This document shows, one piece after another, positions 38,963 through 48,913 of a stretch of 64,000 nt of DNA. Position 1 is the first letter of the stretch. Every line of letters begins with the position of its first letter. The notes under the pieces were generated by a model. That model was not told the origin of the DNA and ran no database searches. It saw only the letters and a list, made by a program, of their open reading frames with translations. The position numbers and the translations under genes are program-made. Origin of the DNA: a bacterium (GTDB taxonomy: Bacteria; UBA8248); assembly GCA_965261085.1 (NCBI GenBank), contig OZ253442.1:1792001-1856000 (forward strand). The letters run 5' to 3'.

Positions 38963-40099
38963 ATGAGCAAGCGTGATTACTACGAAGTGCTGGGCGTAGG
39001 CCGCGATGCGGGCGACGCCGAGATCAAAAAGGCGTATCGCACGCTGGCGATGAAGCATCATCCGGATCGCAACCCGGGCGATGTGAAGGCCGAGGAGTTG
39101 TTCAAGGAAGCATCCGAGGCCTACCAGGTGTTGAGCGAGCCCGATAAGAGGAGCGCGTATGATCGCTTCGGCCACGAGGGGCTCCGGGGAATGGGGCATC
39201 AGGGGTTTTCGAGTTTCGACGATATCGTCTCCTCGTTCGGGGATTTGTTCGGCGGCGTTTTCTCCGGCGCGCGCACGCGCCGCGACGGTCCGCGCAAGGG
39301 CCGGGACCTTGCCTATCAACTGGAGATGACTTTCGAGGAAGCGGCGACGGGCATCGAGCGCGAGCTCGAGTTCGAGCGGCCTACGGAGTGTGTTTATTGC
39401 GGCGGCAGCGGGGCCAAGTCGCCCGATGCGGTTCGCAAATGCCCATCCTGCGGCGGCAGCGGCCAGAGGACCTATCGACAGGGGTTCATGACTTATTCCA
39501 CCACCTGCTCGGATTGTGGCGGCGCAGGCAGGCAAATCCTCGAGCACTGCGCGGAATGCGATGGGGCCGGACGCCGCCTGGAGCAGAGGAAGGTGAAGGT
39601 CAAGATTCCCCCCGGCGTGGACGAGGACGCCAGGCTGCGTCTACGCGAAGAGGGAGAAGGAGGCGCCAAAGGCGGGCCGGCGGGCGATTTGTTCGTCGTC
39701 GTCTCCTTGCTCGCGCATGAGGAATTCGAGCGCAACGGGGCGGACGTGGCGAGCCAGGTGTACGTCACCTTCTCGCAGGCGGCGCTGGGCGACACTGTGA
39801 GGGTGCGGACGCTCTATGGAGAATCCGAACTCGAGATTCCCAAGGGAGTGCAGTCCTCGGATGTTCTCAGGCTGAGGGGCGAGGGATTCCAGCGCCTCGG
39901 CAGGAAAGGGCGCGGCGCTCACATGTTCCTGCTTCACGTCCAGACGCCGACGAAATTGACGCCGGACGAGGAAAGAATCTTTGGCGAATTGTTGGAGATC
40001 GAACGTGAAAAGGCGGAAAAAAATGGGACTGGAAGAGTCGAGGAAAATGGCGCCGGGAAAAAGGGTATTCTCGGCAAGTTGAGTTCTCTTTGGGGATAG
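38963..40099 (+). CDS. dnaJ: Molecular chaperone DnaJ
   Basis: J domain with HPD and four CxxCxGxG repeats. Confidence 0.96.
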   Translation: MSKRDYYEVLGVGRDAGDAEIKKAYRTLAMKHHPDRNPGDVKAEELFKEASEAYQVLSEPDKRSAYDRFGHEGLRGMGHQGFSSFDDIVSSFGDLFGGVFSGARTRRDGPRKGRDLAYQLEMTFEEAATGIERELEFERPTECVYCGGSGAKSPDAVRKCPSCGGSGQRTYRQGFMTYSTTCSDCGGAGRQILEHCAECDGAGRRLEQRKVKVKIPPGVDEDARLRLREEGEGGAKGGPAGDLFVVVSLLAHEEFERNGADVASQVYVTFSQAALGDTVRVRTLYGESELEIPKGVQSSDVLRLRGEGFQRLGRKGRGAHMFLLHVQTPTKLTPDEERIFGELLEIEREKAEKNGTGRVEENGAGKKGILGKLSSLWG

Positions 40100-40169
40100 G
40101 CGCGCATTCAGGCGAAATGAAAAGAGGCGGGGTCCGATAGTCCCGGCATCCGGCGCGGGAGGGTAAGCG

Positions 40170-40694
40170 ATGGAAGAAGAAAACATAGAAAATAAGGGAT
40201 TCAAGGTTTCCGACCGAAGATTCTCCGTGAGGGGATATGAGGATGAAGAGCCGCCTGCTTCGGGTGGTGAGGGCCAGGCTCTTTCCCCGGATGCGGTTGA
40301 TGAAGAAATAGGTCCACAATCCGGCGCGTTTTCGTCCGGGCCGGAGGCGATGGAAACAGAGCCGGCTCCATCCCGGGAGGTTCCGCAACCACAGGCCGAG
40401 GAGCAAGCGCAGCCTCCGGGCGAGGAGGCGGACGATGACGAGGAGGAAGACAGGAGTTTCGAGATGCTCGTCGCTATCGTGCAGCAAAACGCTTTGGCGG
40501 CGATGGGCATTAATCCCCAGACGGGTGAGCGCATCGGGACGGCGGACCCGAGAAGTTCAAAAATTTTCGTCGATCTGTTCGCCGCCCTCAAGGAGAAGAC
40601 GAAAGGCAATCTTTCTCCGGAAGAGGAGCAACTCCTGAATCAGGTTCACTCCGATTTGCAAATGGTATATGTTCGGGAAGTAGGGTTCGGTTAG
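40170..40694 (+). CDS. DUF1844 domain-containing protein
   Basis: GFKVSDRR N-terminus, acidic linker, LKEKTKGNLSPEE motif. Confidence 0.8.
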   Translation: MEEENIENKGFKVSDRRFSVRGYEDEEPPASGGEGQALSPDAVDEEIGPQSGAFSSGPEAMETEPAPSREVPQPQAEEQAQPPGEEADDDEEEDRSFEMLVAIVQQNALAAMGINPQTGERIGTADPRSSKIFVDLFAALKEKTKGNLSPEEEQLLNQVHSDLQMVYVREVGFG

Positions 40695-40774
40695 GTCCGA
40701 GTGATCGGCGAGGCGCGGGTTAGATGCGCGTCATCCCCGATCATCCTTTTTGTTCACCTCATGCGGGGGATTAT

Positions 40775-41050
40775 ATGGCCGTGCCAACGTCCTATGACGA
40801 GATGTTCGAAGAAGCGCTCGGTATCGTCAAGAATCGCTTTTTGCTTTCGGTGCTGCTCGCCAAGCGGGTGGCCCAACTCAGGCGGGGTGCGGAGCCTCTG
40901 GTAGCCTCACAGCCCAATGAGACGCCCGAGCAGATCGTGTTCCGCGAAATTATCGAAGAAAAACTGGAATGGAGAAAGACCGCGTCGGCGGTTGATTTGA
41001 CTGATATGGACCAGGGATTCATGGATGGCGGATTCGACGACGAAGAATAG
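40775..41050 (+). CDS. rpoZ: RNA polymerase omega subunit
   Basis: NRFLLSVLLAKRVAQLRRGAEPLV...FREI. Confidence 0.85.
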   Translation: MAVPTSYDEMFEEALGIVKNRFLLSVLLAKRVAQLRRGAEPLVASQPNETPEQIVFREIIEEKLEWRKTASAVDLTDMDQGFMDGGFDDEE

Positions 41051-41073
41051 TTTCGCTTGAAATCGCACGCTGG

Positions 41074-41105
41074 CCGCTGCCCGATCCACCGGGCAGCGGT
41101 TTTTT
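41074..41105 (+). terminator. Rho-independent terminator
   Basis: CCGCTGCCCG-ATCCAC-CGGGCAGCGG followed by TTTTTT. Confidence 0.85.
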
Positions 41106-42255
41106 ATCGCTCCCTCAAAAACGTCCCTACTTTTTCGAGGCCGGCTTCGATGTTTTCGACGGAGTTGCAGTAGGAGAACCGGAGGAATCCTTCTCCTCCG
41201 GGCCCGAAATCCGCTCCTGGTGCTACGGCCACGCCGGTGGCTTCCAGAATTTCCCTGGCCAGTTCCAGGCTGTCCGCGCCATAGGCGCGCGCATCGGCGA
41301 AGGCGTAGAATGCGCCCGTTGGCTCGTGGAGCATTTTGAGGCCGATATCCTCGAGGCGCGCGAGCATGATTTTGCGTCTTTCGTCATAAATGCCGCGCAT
41401 GCGCTCCGCTTCCGGCAGGCCTTCTTTCAGAGCGGCGATCGCCGCGTGCTGGACAAAAGAATTGGGCGAGACGAAATAGTTTTGCTGCAGTATCTCCAGC
41501 GGGCGGACATATTCGGGGGGCACGATGAGATAGCCGATGCGCCAGCCCGTCATCGCGAAATACTTGGAAAAACCGTTGATGACGAAACAATCCTCCGCAA
41601 AGTGAAGCGCCGTGTATTCGGCATCCACGTAGCTGAGTCCGTGGTATATCTCATCCGAGATAATGGGCTTACCCAGTTCGGCGAGCGCCGCCATATCCTG
41701 GCGCGAGAGCGATGCGCCCGTGGGGTTTGACGGCGAGTTGATGAGGATGGCTCTGGTTTTCGGGTTGAGGAAGTCGCGAACAGCCTCGGCTTTCAGTGCG
41801 AAGCCATGCTCCGCGCGGGTGGGCGCCCGTATGGGTATTCCGCAGGCGGACTGAATGAAAGCCGGGTAGCAGGCGTAGTGGGGGTCTGAAATGATGACTT
41901 CATCGCCCTCATTGACGAGGACGGAGAAGAGCATCAGCAGGCCCGGGCTCGTACCGTTCGTCACCACCACGCGCTCGGGCGATACGGATACTCCATATTT
42001 TTGGTTGTAAAAATCCGCTATCGCCTCGCGCAGTTCGGGAATCCCCAGTGCCGCCGTGTAGTGGGTGTGGCCGGCGCGAAGGGCATCCTCGGCGGCGCGG
42101 GTGATGACCTCGGGCGTGTCGAAATCTGGTTCCCCCACTTCCAAGTGGATCACCTCGCGGCCTTGCGCCTCCAGTTGATGGGCGCGCTCCATGATATCCA
42201 TCACCAAGAAGGGCTTTATGCCAGAGATTCGCGCCGGTACGGATAGTTCTTTCAT
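41104..42255 (-). CDS. PLP-dependent aminotransferase class I/II
   Basis: GEPDF, NSPSNPTG, SDEIY and GFSKYFAMTGWRIG motifs. Confidence 0.94.
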   Translation of the reverse strand: MKELSVPARISGIKPFLVMDIMERAHQLEAQGREVIHLEVGEPDFDTPEVITRAAEDALRAGHTHYTAALGIPELREAIADFYNQKYGVSVSPERVVVTNGTSPGLLMLFSVLVNEGDEVIISDPHYACYPAFIQSACGIPIRAPTRAEHGFALKAEAVRDFLNPKTRAILINSPSNPTGASLSRQDMAALAELGKPIISDEIYHGLSYVDAEYTALHFAEDCFVINGFSKYFAMTGWRIGYLIVPPEYVRPLEILQQNYFVSPNSFVQHAAIAALKEGLPEAERMRGIYDERRKIMLARLEDIGLKMLHEPTGAFYAFADARAYGADSLELAREILEATGVAVAPGADFGPGGEGFLRFSYCNSVENIEAGLEKVGTFLRER

Positions 42256-42443
42256 CTTGCTTGACCCTTCAATATTGATATTTTAAAATGGTTGCTCACC
42301 TGCAAGGCTAGTGGTAAACTTCATTGAACTCAAGGTGTTACCGATATCTTTGATAAGAAGGCAGCCAAAGAGTTGGAGAATTTTTTGCCCCGGATTGTTC
42401 ATCTTGAACGAGGTTCGAGGCTCCGAGGAAGGGGAGGAGTCCT

Positions 42444-42737
42444 TTGACTAAAATCGATATCATCAATCTCGTGTCGGACGATACGGGCCTCAGTAAAGTC
42501 AAGGCGGAAGAAGCAGTCGAGATGATTATCCAGACCATCAAGGAATCCCTCCAGAGCGGTGAGTCCGTCATTTTAAGGCGCTTCGGCTCCTTCCAGATGA
42601 GAGAGAAGAACGCTCGCGTGGGACGCAACCCGAAGACGGGTCAGGAAGCGCCCATCAGCGCGCGCCGGGTCGTGCGCTTCAAGGCGGGAAAACACTTCAA
42701 GGAAGCGGTGAACGGCGCCGAGGTGAAATTTCATTAA
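42444..42737 (+). CDS. HU/IHF family DNA-binding protein
   Basis: FGSF...ARVGRNPKTG...VVRFKAGK; TTG start after GGAGG. Confidence 0.92.
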   Translation: MTKIDIINLVSDDTGLSKVKAEEAVEMIIQTIKESLQSGESVILRRFGSFQMREKNARVGRNPKTGQEAPISARRVVRFKAGKHFKEAVNGAEVKFH

Positions 42738-42761
42738 ACTTTTTTGTTCACCGCCTTTCAG

Positions 42762-43793
42762 CTAGTCTATCAGCATGGCGTCTCCGTAGCTGTAGAATCG
42801 ATAGCCCTTTTCAATCGCCTGCGTGTATGCGCTCAGGATTTTCTCCTTGCCCGCGAACGCCGCCACGAGCATGAGCAGGGTCGAACGTGGCAGGTGAAAG
42901 TTAGTCAGCATCATGTCCACCACCTGAAACTGAAAACCCGGCCTGATGAACAGGCGGGTGCTGAACTCCCCCGCCTGTAGCGTCTGGCCGCGCGCGGCCG
43001 CCTCGATATATGCGGATTCCAAGGCCCGAACCACCGTCGTTCCCACGGCCAGGATGCGGCCGCCATCCGCTTTCGTATCGTGGAGCGAGGCGACGGCGTC
43101 TTCCGGCAAAATGTAGGTTTCCGCGTCCATCTCGTGTTCTTCGATATTTTCCGTTTGAACGGGCCGGAACGTCCCGGCTCCCACGTGGAGGGTGAGCTGG
43201 GCGATGCGCGCGCCGGCGGCCGAAATGTTTTCGAGCATCCTTGCGCTCAGGTGCAGGCCCGCCGTGGGTGCGGCGACGGCCCCTGGGTTTCGGGCGAAAA
43301 TGGTTTGGTAGCGCTCCTTGTCGATGGCCTCGGCGCTTCTGTCCAGATATGGCGGGATCGGCATTTCCCCGAAAGATTCCAGCCACTCGGCGAGACCATG
43401 CGGGGAGGAGAATTCGAGTTCTCTCTCCCGGCCCTGCGGCCCTAGCGTGGCGTGGTGCTCCTCGTCGAAAACGATGGTTTCTCCCTCGGGCAATGGGCGG
43501 TTGGCGCGCACCATGGCGCGAAATTTTCCGGGAGAGAGTTGTTTGAGCAAGAGGGCTTCCACCCGGCCTCCGCTCTCGCGCCTGCCGCGAATTCTCCACG
43601 GGTTGACCTTCGTGTCGTTGAGAACAAGCAGATCCCCCGGACGCAGATGGCGCGGCAGATCGGTGACCTTGAGATGCGCAAGCGCTTCGCCCGCTTTGGG
43701 GAGATGGAGGAGCCTCGCGTCCTCGCGGTTCGGCGGCGGGTACCGGGCGATGAGATTCCGGGGCAGGTGATAGTCGAAGTCATTGAGTTTCAT
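42762..43793 (-). CDS. queA: S-adenosylmethionine:tRNA ribosyltransferase-isomerase
   Basis: FDYHLP, PIPPY, AAPTAGLH, LHVGAGTF, TNFHLPRST and FYSYGDAM motifs. Confidence 0.96.
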   Translation of the reverse strand: MKLNDFDYHLPRNLIARYPPPNREDARLLHLPKAGEALAHLKVTDLPRHLRPGDLLVLNDTKVNPWRIRGRRESGGRVEALLLKQLSPGKFRAMVRANRPLPEGETIVFDEEHHATLGPQGRERELEFSSPHGLAEWLESFGEMPIPPYLDRSAEAIDKERYQTIFARNPGAVAAPTAGLHLSARMLENISAAGARIAQLTLHVGAGTFRPVQTENIEEHEMDAETYILPEDAVASLHDTKADGGRILAVGTTVVRALESAYIEAAARGQTLQAGEFSTRLFIRPGFQFQVVDMMLTNFHLPRSTLLMLVAAFAGKEKILSAYTQAIEKGYRFYSYGDAMLID

Positions 43794-43838
43794 ACGGCTC
43801 ACTTCCTGACCAGGTTTCCTTCGGGACGGCGCGCGAAG

Positions 43839-44666
43839 CTAGCTTTCTTCATCCGCTTGATCGAGGCGAGAGGAATCTTGTGACCCGTCTTTTTCCCCGG
43901 GATGAAAAAGTTTCCAAATCGCTTGTCGCAGCACGCCCCGCATTACCCGAACCTCCCTCTCGTCGGGCCCCAGCCTGTCGAGCATCCTCCTGAAGGTCCG
44001 GGCCACGCGATCCGGGTCGTTATGGGGTACGAAACCTATCTGTTCCATGGATTCGAGCAGATGATCCACCAGTCCCTCGATTTCCTCGCGAGATGCGGAT
44101 TCATACTCGTTCGCGCGCTCCGGCTTCGCATCGCTCTTTCGGGCAGGAGGGGTCACCTGGTTTTGGCTGAAAAGCTCCCAAAGGACGATCAGGACGGCTT
44201 GGGAGAGGTTGAACGATTCGCCGCTGGGCAATGCCGGAATGAGGAGTCTTTCCTGGCACAGGCTCAACTCCTCCGTGAACAGGCCCTTGTCCTCCTGCCC
44301 GAACACCAGGCCGACCTTCGTGGTCGATGCGCGCTCGAGCAGAGCGCCCGCATCCTCTCTCGGGCGCATGGTGGGCTGTCGTTTTCTGCCCAGACGCCTC
44401 GACGTGCCCACCAGCCAGCCGCAATCGTGCGAGGCCTCGCGAAGGCTGGCGAAATGCTTCGCGCTCGCCAGCAAGGGCTGCGCGTTCATGGCCATCGAGC
44501 GGGCGTCCACGCTTTTCACGTCGCATTGAGGTGAGACGAGGCGCAAGTCCGATACGCCGAAGTGCGACATGACGCGCGCGATGGCGCCCACGTTGCGCGC
44601 ACCCCTCGGGCGCACGAGAATGATGGCGAAATCGACGTTTTCTTCCAAAGAAACTGGCTCGACCAT
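43839..44666 (-). CDS. trmJ: TrmJ/TrmH family SPOUT RNA methyltransferase
   Basis: NVGAIARVM, VFGQEDKGL and SFNLSQAV motifs, plus the TrmJ-type C-terminal helices. Confidence 0.8.
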   Translation of the reverse strand: MVEPVSLEENVDFAIILVRPRGARNVGAIARVMSHFGVSDLRLVSPQCDVKSVDARSMAMNAQPLLASAKHFASLREASHDCGWLVGTSRRLGRKRQPTMRPREDAGALLERASTTKVGLVFGQEDKGLFTEELSLCQERLLIPALPSGESFNLSQAVLIVLWELFSQNQVTPPARKSDAKPERANEYESASREEIEGLVDHLLESMEQIGFVPHNDPDRVARTFRRMLDRLGPDEREVRVMRGVLRQAIWKLFHPGEKDGSQDSSRLDQADEES

Positions 44667-44936
44667 AAAATGAAATCAGTGTGTGAGGGGAATAGGGACA
44701 TTTGCATTCTTCCGCGCCGGAGGCCTTGTTCGTCATGCCGCCCCGGTGCGGACGCGCTCTTTTCCCTCTCATAGCACGAAGAGGCCCAGCCTGTCATAAA
44801 CGAATCGGGTGTGAGCGCAGAAATGCCGACAATAGGCGTTTGCGAATTGGTGTCCCGGGCCTTGGCGCGACGGATTCGCTCCGAAAGCCCGCGCGGCGGT
44901 GTCATCTGCTCCATTTGGGCGTAATATGGACACGCT

Positions 44937-45329
44937 ATGAGTTCCGACATCACACGAACATTCGAAGGCGGGAACCTGCACGAGTTGTCCGCTTTTCTCG
45001 TGACGCCCGCTCGCTCGGGCATATTCCTCACGCGAAGCCGCATCCGCGCCCTGGCGCTGGAGATGGGACTGCGCGCGGGCGTCCAGAACCGCGCCAGAAT
45101 GCTGGAAAATCTTTTCCGCGAGGCGGGTTCGGACGGCCGGGTCCAGGAACTGCTCGGGCGAATCGATGACATCGCAGGGGAGAACCTTGCCCGGTACCGC
45201 GCTTGGGCGAAGGCGTGCCCGCCCTCGAAGGCCACGTGGCGCGATTGGTCCAGGAAAACGCGCGCGCTCAGACGCCACCTCTCGCAAGCCCAGAAATGGG
45301 CGCGCGCCATGAAAGAAGATGCCCCATAG
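44937..45329 (+). CDS. Hypothetical helical protein
   Basis: 130 aa, host-like codon usage, GGA upstream; fills the gap between trmJ and the torD-like gene. Confidence 0.6.
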   Translation: MSSDITRTFEGGNLHELSAFLVTPARSGIFLTRSRIRALALEMGLRAGVQNRARMLENLFREAGSDGRVQELLGRIDDIAGENLARYRAWAKACPPSKATWRDWSRKTRALRRHLSQAQKWARAMKEDAP

Positions 45330-45383
45330 GCGGATTTTGATGCGGGGTGAAAAAGCCGCGTGGCGGAATCGCCGTCCCCTCTC

Positions 45384-46022
45384 CTAAAGTATCCCGGCGA
45401 TGTATTTTCTGTCCGAGAAGGCGAATTCGCGTATCCATTTGGCGAGTTCACGGTACAGATGCGTTTCCGCGTCCTCTTCCATGCTCGACGTGTAGATGGG
45501 CATCCAGCCCATGAGATGCTCATCCATGAACCGCGCGCTTAAAGATAGTTTCTCCCGCGCGAGGTCGGCGTTTTCATCCTCCCAGGCGTCCGCTTCTTCG
45601 CTAGCGAGCCGGGCCAGGAATTCAAGCTCTACGCTTAAATGATCCATCGCCAGCACGCTGGGGTGGGCGAGGCCGGCGCTGCCCCGTCCGGGGTTGTAGC
45701 CGCACGCCCGGTAGAAATCGGCCACCTCATCCGTCCTCTTCGAATTCAGATGTCCGCTTTCATCCATCAGGGCGGCTTCGTAGGGAGGAGAGGAGAGCAC
45801 GAACAGGTTTGTGAAATCGACCCTGAGCTTTTGGAGGGCTTCTTCGGTGGGATTGAATCTTTCCGGGAATAAAAACGGGTAGTTATCTTGTAAGAACGCG
45901 GCTAGTTCCGAGTCGAGCGGGTCGAGCATCGCCCGCGCCTGAACCCGGTAGAGTTGCGCGCGGAGCCTCGCCTGCTCGGCGTTTTCAGAGTGTGAGGCGT
46001 GGCGCTTCCAGCGAAGACTCAT
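45384..46022 (-). CDS. TorD/DmsD family molybdoenzyme maturation chaperone
   Basis: PPYEA, DHLSVELEFL and FMDEHLMGWMP motifs. ATG 46022 overlaps the upstream stop (ATGA). Confidence 0.88.
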   Translation of the reverse strand: MSLRWKRHASHSENAEQARLRAQLYRVQARAMLDPLDSELAAFLQDNYPFLFPERFNPTEEALQKLRVDFTNLFVLSSPPYEAALMDESGHLNSKRTDEVADFYRACGYNPGRGSAGLAHPSVLAMDHLSVELEFLARLASEEADAWEDENADLAREKLSLSARFMDEHLMGWMPIYTSSMEEDAETHLYRELAKWIREFAFSDRKYIAGIL

Positions 46023-48895
46023 TCGGAGATGGTGTAGGCCTCGGCCTGGGGCTTGTTGGGCCGGGCGAACCACAGCGGGCGCCTGAGGTTGTCGGGGCCG
46101 GGCGCGGGCTTCGTCATCTCGAGCCATTGCTTGTAGTGCTCGAAACTCTTCTTCGTATCGACGCTGATGTCGCCGTAGCGATCCGCCGCCCCCGCTTTCG
46201 TGACCCGCACCTTCTGGTGCCAGCAGTGCATTCCGCTCACCGGATCGGGGTTGACCGGGAAGGTGAGGTTCTGGTTCACGCCCACCTCGCGCCACCATAT
46301 GCGCTCCGTGTCGGGGTCGTCGCTCTTGAAGGGCTGGACGCCGTGCACCTGGCGCATGGTGTATTCCCCATCACCCTTCTCATCGAGGCGAACGACGGCG
46401 GAGGCGATCCTGGGCGCGCCCTGGTCTTCGCTCAGACGCCAGCGGCCCAGGTGATGCGCCATGGCGACGATGCCGGGTTTCAAGCCCTCCGTCACCCAGC
46501 ATCTCGTGACGAAATGGCCTATCTTGGTCTCGACTTTCGCCAGGTCGCCCGTCTGGATCCCTAAGCGCGCGGCGTCGTTGGTGTGGAGCCACAGCGGGTT
46601 GTTGTGGGTGATCTCGTAGAGCCACTTCACGGCCGAGCGCGTGTGGACGAGGGTGGCGAGGCGATAGTTCGGCAACAGGTCGAACTCGTTGTTCCCCCGT
46701 TCCATGTCGCGCCAGTAGACGTGGGTCTTCATGTATTTTGGGATGGCCTCATCGCCCCAGTCCCAGGCCGCCATGGTCGGGCTGTAGAATTCGAGTTTCT
46801 TAGAAGGCGTGTGGAAGCCCTCCCTCGCCTTGCCCCGGCTCATGTTGCCGATGAGCGCGCCGTCTTTCCAGACCGAGCCCGTCGTCTCATCCACGTGGGC
46901 GTCGTGCATCGCCTCATCCGATAGCTCGTGCATGTGGGGTTCGTATATGTTTTCCTCTACGGCGAAAACACCGTATTTGCGCATGTATTCCAGCGCTGTG
47001 AGTCCTTCTTTCGCGGCGGCTTCGGGCAATCCCGGAACGCCGTTCTCGAACATCCACTGGTAGTATTCGTTCACCGTAATCTTCGCGCCCGGCCTGTAGG
47101 GACTCTCGAAATACTGCCGGATGCCGAGCGAACCGTCGGGGTCGATGCGCCAGGAGAGTTCGATGTGGAGCTCGTTTTCCTCCCACACCTCGCCGGGGTT
47201 CGTCTCGCGCGTAGTTTCGAACGTCTCGCCCATCTTCTCGCGCAACGCCCGCAGGACGGGCTGGCGGAAGCCCACCCATTTCGTGGGGTGCGTCTCCTGG
47301 CTCTGGTTGTCGTGGCGTTCCGTCGCGATGCCCATGGGCAGAATGTAGTCCGCGAACCACGCCGTCTCGCTCCAGGTGGGGGTGAGCGCCACGTGGCAGC
47401 CTATCTTGTCGTGGTCTTTGAGCATATCCACCCACATGAAGCCGTCGGGGTTCGTCCACACCGGGTTATAGACCCGCGTAAAGTAGACGTCGACGCTGTG
47501 GCCCTTGTCCTTCACGAGGTGGGGCATCAGGAAACTCATCTCGAAGAAGGCGAGGGGGTATTCCCGGGGAAAGAGGAGTTCGTTCCAGTCTTTGGGTCCC
47601 GGAGCGGGGTTGGGGTGTTTGGGCACGAATTTGTGCGTGCTCGCCAGATGGGTTCCGCCCACCGTGCCCACCGCGCCCGTCAGCGAAGGCAGAAAGTGCA
47701 GACACCGCGCCACCTGCCAGCCGTGCAGGTTGCCGGTGGCGGCAGCGCGCCAGACGTGGATGCAAAGGCGGCTCCCGGCGCGGGCGACGACCTGGGCGAC
47801 TTCGGCGATGAGGTCGACGGAAACGCCCGTCTCCTCCGCCGCGTACTCGAAGGTGAACTCCGCGTATTCTTGTTTAAGTTTCTCGATGAAGTTATCGAAA
47901 CTCGCCTCATCGTCGGGATGAACGGTCCGCATGTATTCGGTCCAGTTCATCCACTCCTCGACGAACTGCGCGTCGAACTGCCCGGTATCGAGCAGATAGC
48001 GCGCGATGGCGAGCAGAATCGCGCTCTCGGTTCCGCTGTAGGCGGGCAGCCAGTAGTCGGCCTTCGCCGCCGTGTTGGAGAGCCTGGGGTCTATGACGAT
48101 GAGCTTCGCCCCGCTCGTCTGCGCCTCGATGATGCGCTGGGCCGAGGGGTTGTAGTAGTGGCCCGTGTCGAGGTGGCTGCTGATTAGCAAAATGGCGTCG
48201 GCGTTGGTGAAATCGGGCGAAGGCCTGTCCGATCCGTTCCAGAGGAACTGGCCGATGCGGGCCGAGGAGCTGCACACGTTCGTGTGGCTGTTGTGTCCGT
48301 CCACGCCCCAGCCGGCGAGGGTCTTGAACATGTAGCCGTCCTCGCCGGGACGCCCCACGTGATAGATGATGCTGTTTCGCCGTTCTTCCTGGATCGCCTT
48401 TCTGATGCGCCCGGCGATGTCGTCGAGCGCCTCGTCCCAGCTCACGCGCTCCCACTTGCCCTCGCCGCGCTCGCCCACGCGTTTCAAGGGATAGAAGATG
48501 CGGTCGGGGTCGTACACCTGGTTGAGCGTCACCCATCCCTTGGCGCAGTTTCGCCCGCGCGAGGCGGGGTGGAGGGGATTCCCCTCGATTTTTCTGATCT
48601 TCATGTCGTCTTTGTCGACGTAGGCCAGAAGTCCGCATCCCGCCTCGCAGTTGAAGCAAAGCGTCGGAACCAGCGCGTAGTTTCTCGCTACTTTCTGCGG
48701 CCACTTGGTGCTTTCATATTCCGTCCAGTTGTCCCATTTGTCGGGACTCGGGTAGGAAGTGAGAGCGCCGTTCGTGTTGGTGTAGTTCAGTTGGCCTGCG
48801 GGGGCCGCGGGCGGGGCTTTGGTCAGCAGATCGGGGCGGCCCAGAGAGGCGATGTCGCGCGCGCCCTTGCCGGCTTGAAGATGGCTTGTGCTCAT
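46019..48895 (-). CDS. Molybdopterin (bis-MGD) oxidoreductase catalytic subunit, Psr/Ttr/Arr-related
   Basis: CFNCEAGC...CAKG Fe-S motif, HTNVCSS putative Mo-ligand Cys, IDPRLSNTA and SETAWFAD; no twin-arginine signal. Confidence 0.9.
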   Translation of the reverse strand: MSTSHLQAGKGARDIASLGRPDLLTKAPPAAPAGQLNYTNTNGALTSYPSPDKWDNWTEYESTKWPQKVARNYALVPTLCFNCEAGCGLLAYVDKDDMKIRKIEGNPLHPASRGRNCAKGWVTLNQVYDPDRIFYPLKRVGERGEGKWERVSWDEALDDIAGRIRKAIQEERRNSIIYHVGRPGEDGYMFKTLAGWGVDGHNSHTNVCSSSARIGQFLWNGSDRPSPDFTNADAILLISSHLDTGHYYNPSAQRIIEAQTSGAKLIVIDPRLSNTAAKADYWLPAYSGTESAILLAIARYLLDTGQFDAQFVEEWMNWTEYMRTVHPDDEASFDNFIEKLKQEYAEFTFEYAAEETGVSVDLIAEVAQVVARAGSRLCIHVWRAAATGNLHGWQVARCLHFLPSLTGAVGTVGGTHLASTHKFVPKHPNPAPGPKDWNELLFPREYPLAFFEMSFLMPHLVKDKGHSVDVYFTRVYNPVWTNPDGFMWVDMLKDHDKIGCHVALTPTWSETAWFADYILPMGIATERHDNQSQETHPTKWVGFRQPVLRALREKMGETFETTRETNPGEVWEENELHIELSWRIDPDGSLGIRQYFESPYRPGAKITVNEYYQWMFENGVPGLPEAAAKEGLTALEYMRKYGVFAVEENIYEPHMHELSDEAMHDAHVDETTGSVWKDGALIGNMSRGKAREGFHTPSKKLEFYSPTMAAWDWGDEAIPKYMKTHVYWRDMERGNNEFDLLPNYRLATLVHTRSAVKWLYEITHNNPLWLHTNDAARLGIQTGDLAKVETKIGHFVTRCWVTEGLKPGIVAMAHHLGRWRLSEDQGAPRIASAVVRLDEKGDGEYTMRQVHGVQPFKSDDPDTERIWWREVGVNQNLTFPVNPDPVSGMHCWHQKVRVTKAGAADRYGDISVDTKKSFEHYKQWLEMTKPAPGPDNLRRPLWFARPNKPQAEAYTISE

Positions 48896-48913
48896 GTTCT
48901 TGAAACTCCCGGA

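Noticed and set aside
44712-44750. GC-rich hairpin CCGCGCCGG...CCGGTGCGG upstream of trmJ
   Set aside because: A single imperfect stem in GC-rich DNA, with no U tract or recognisable RNA motif; compatible with chance.
46023-46298. N-terminal extension of the TorD-like ORF given in the track
   Set aside because: It overlaps the catalytic subunit gene in another frame; ATG 46022 gives a normal-sized chaperone with ATGA coupling.
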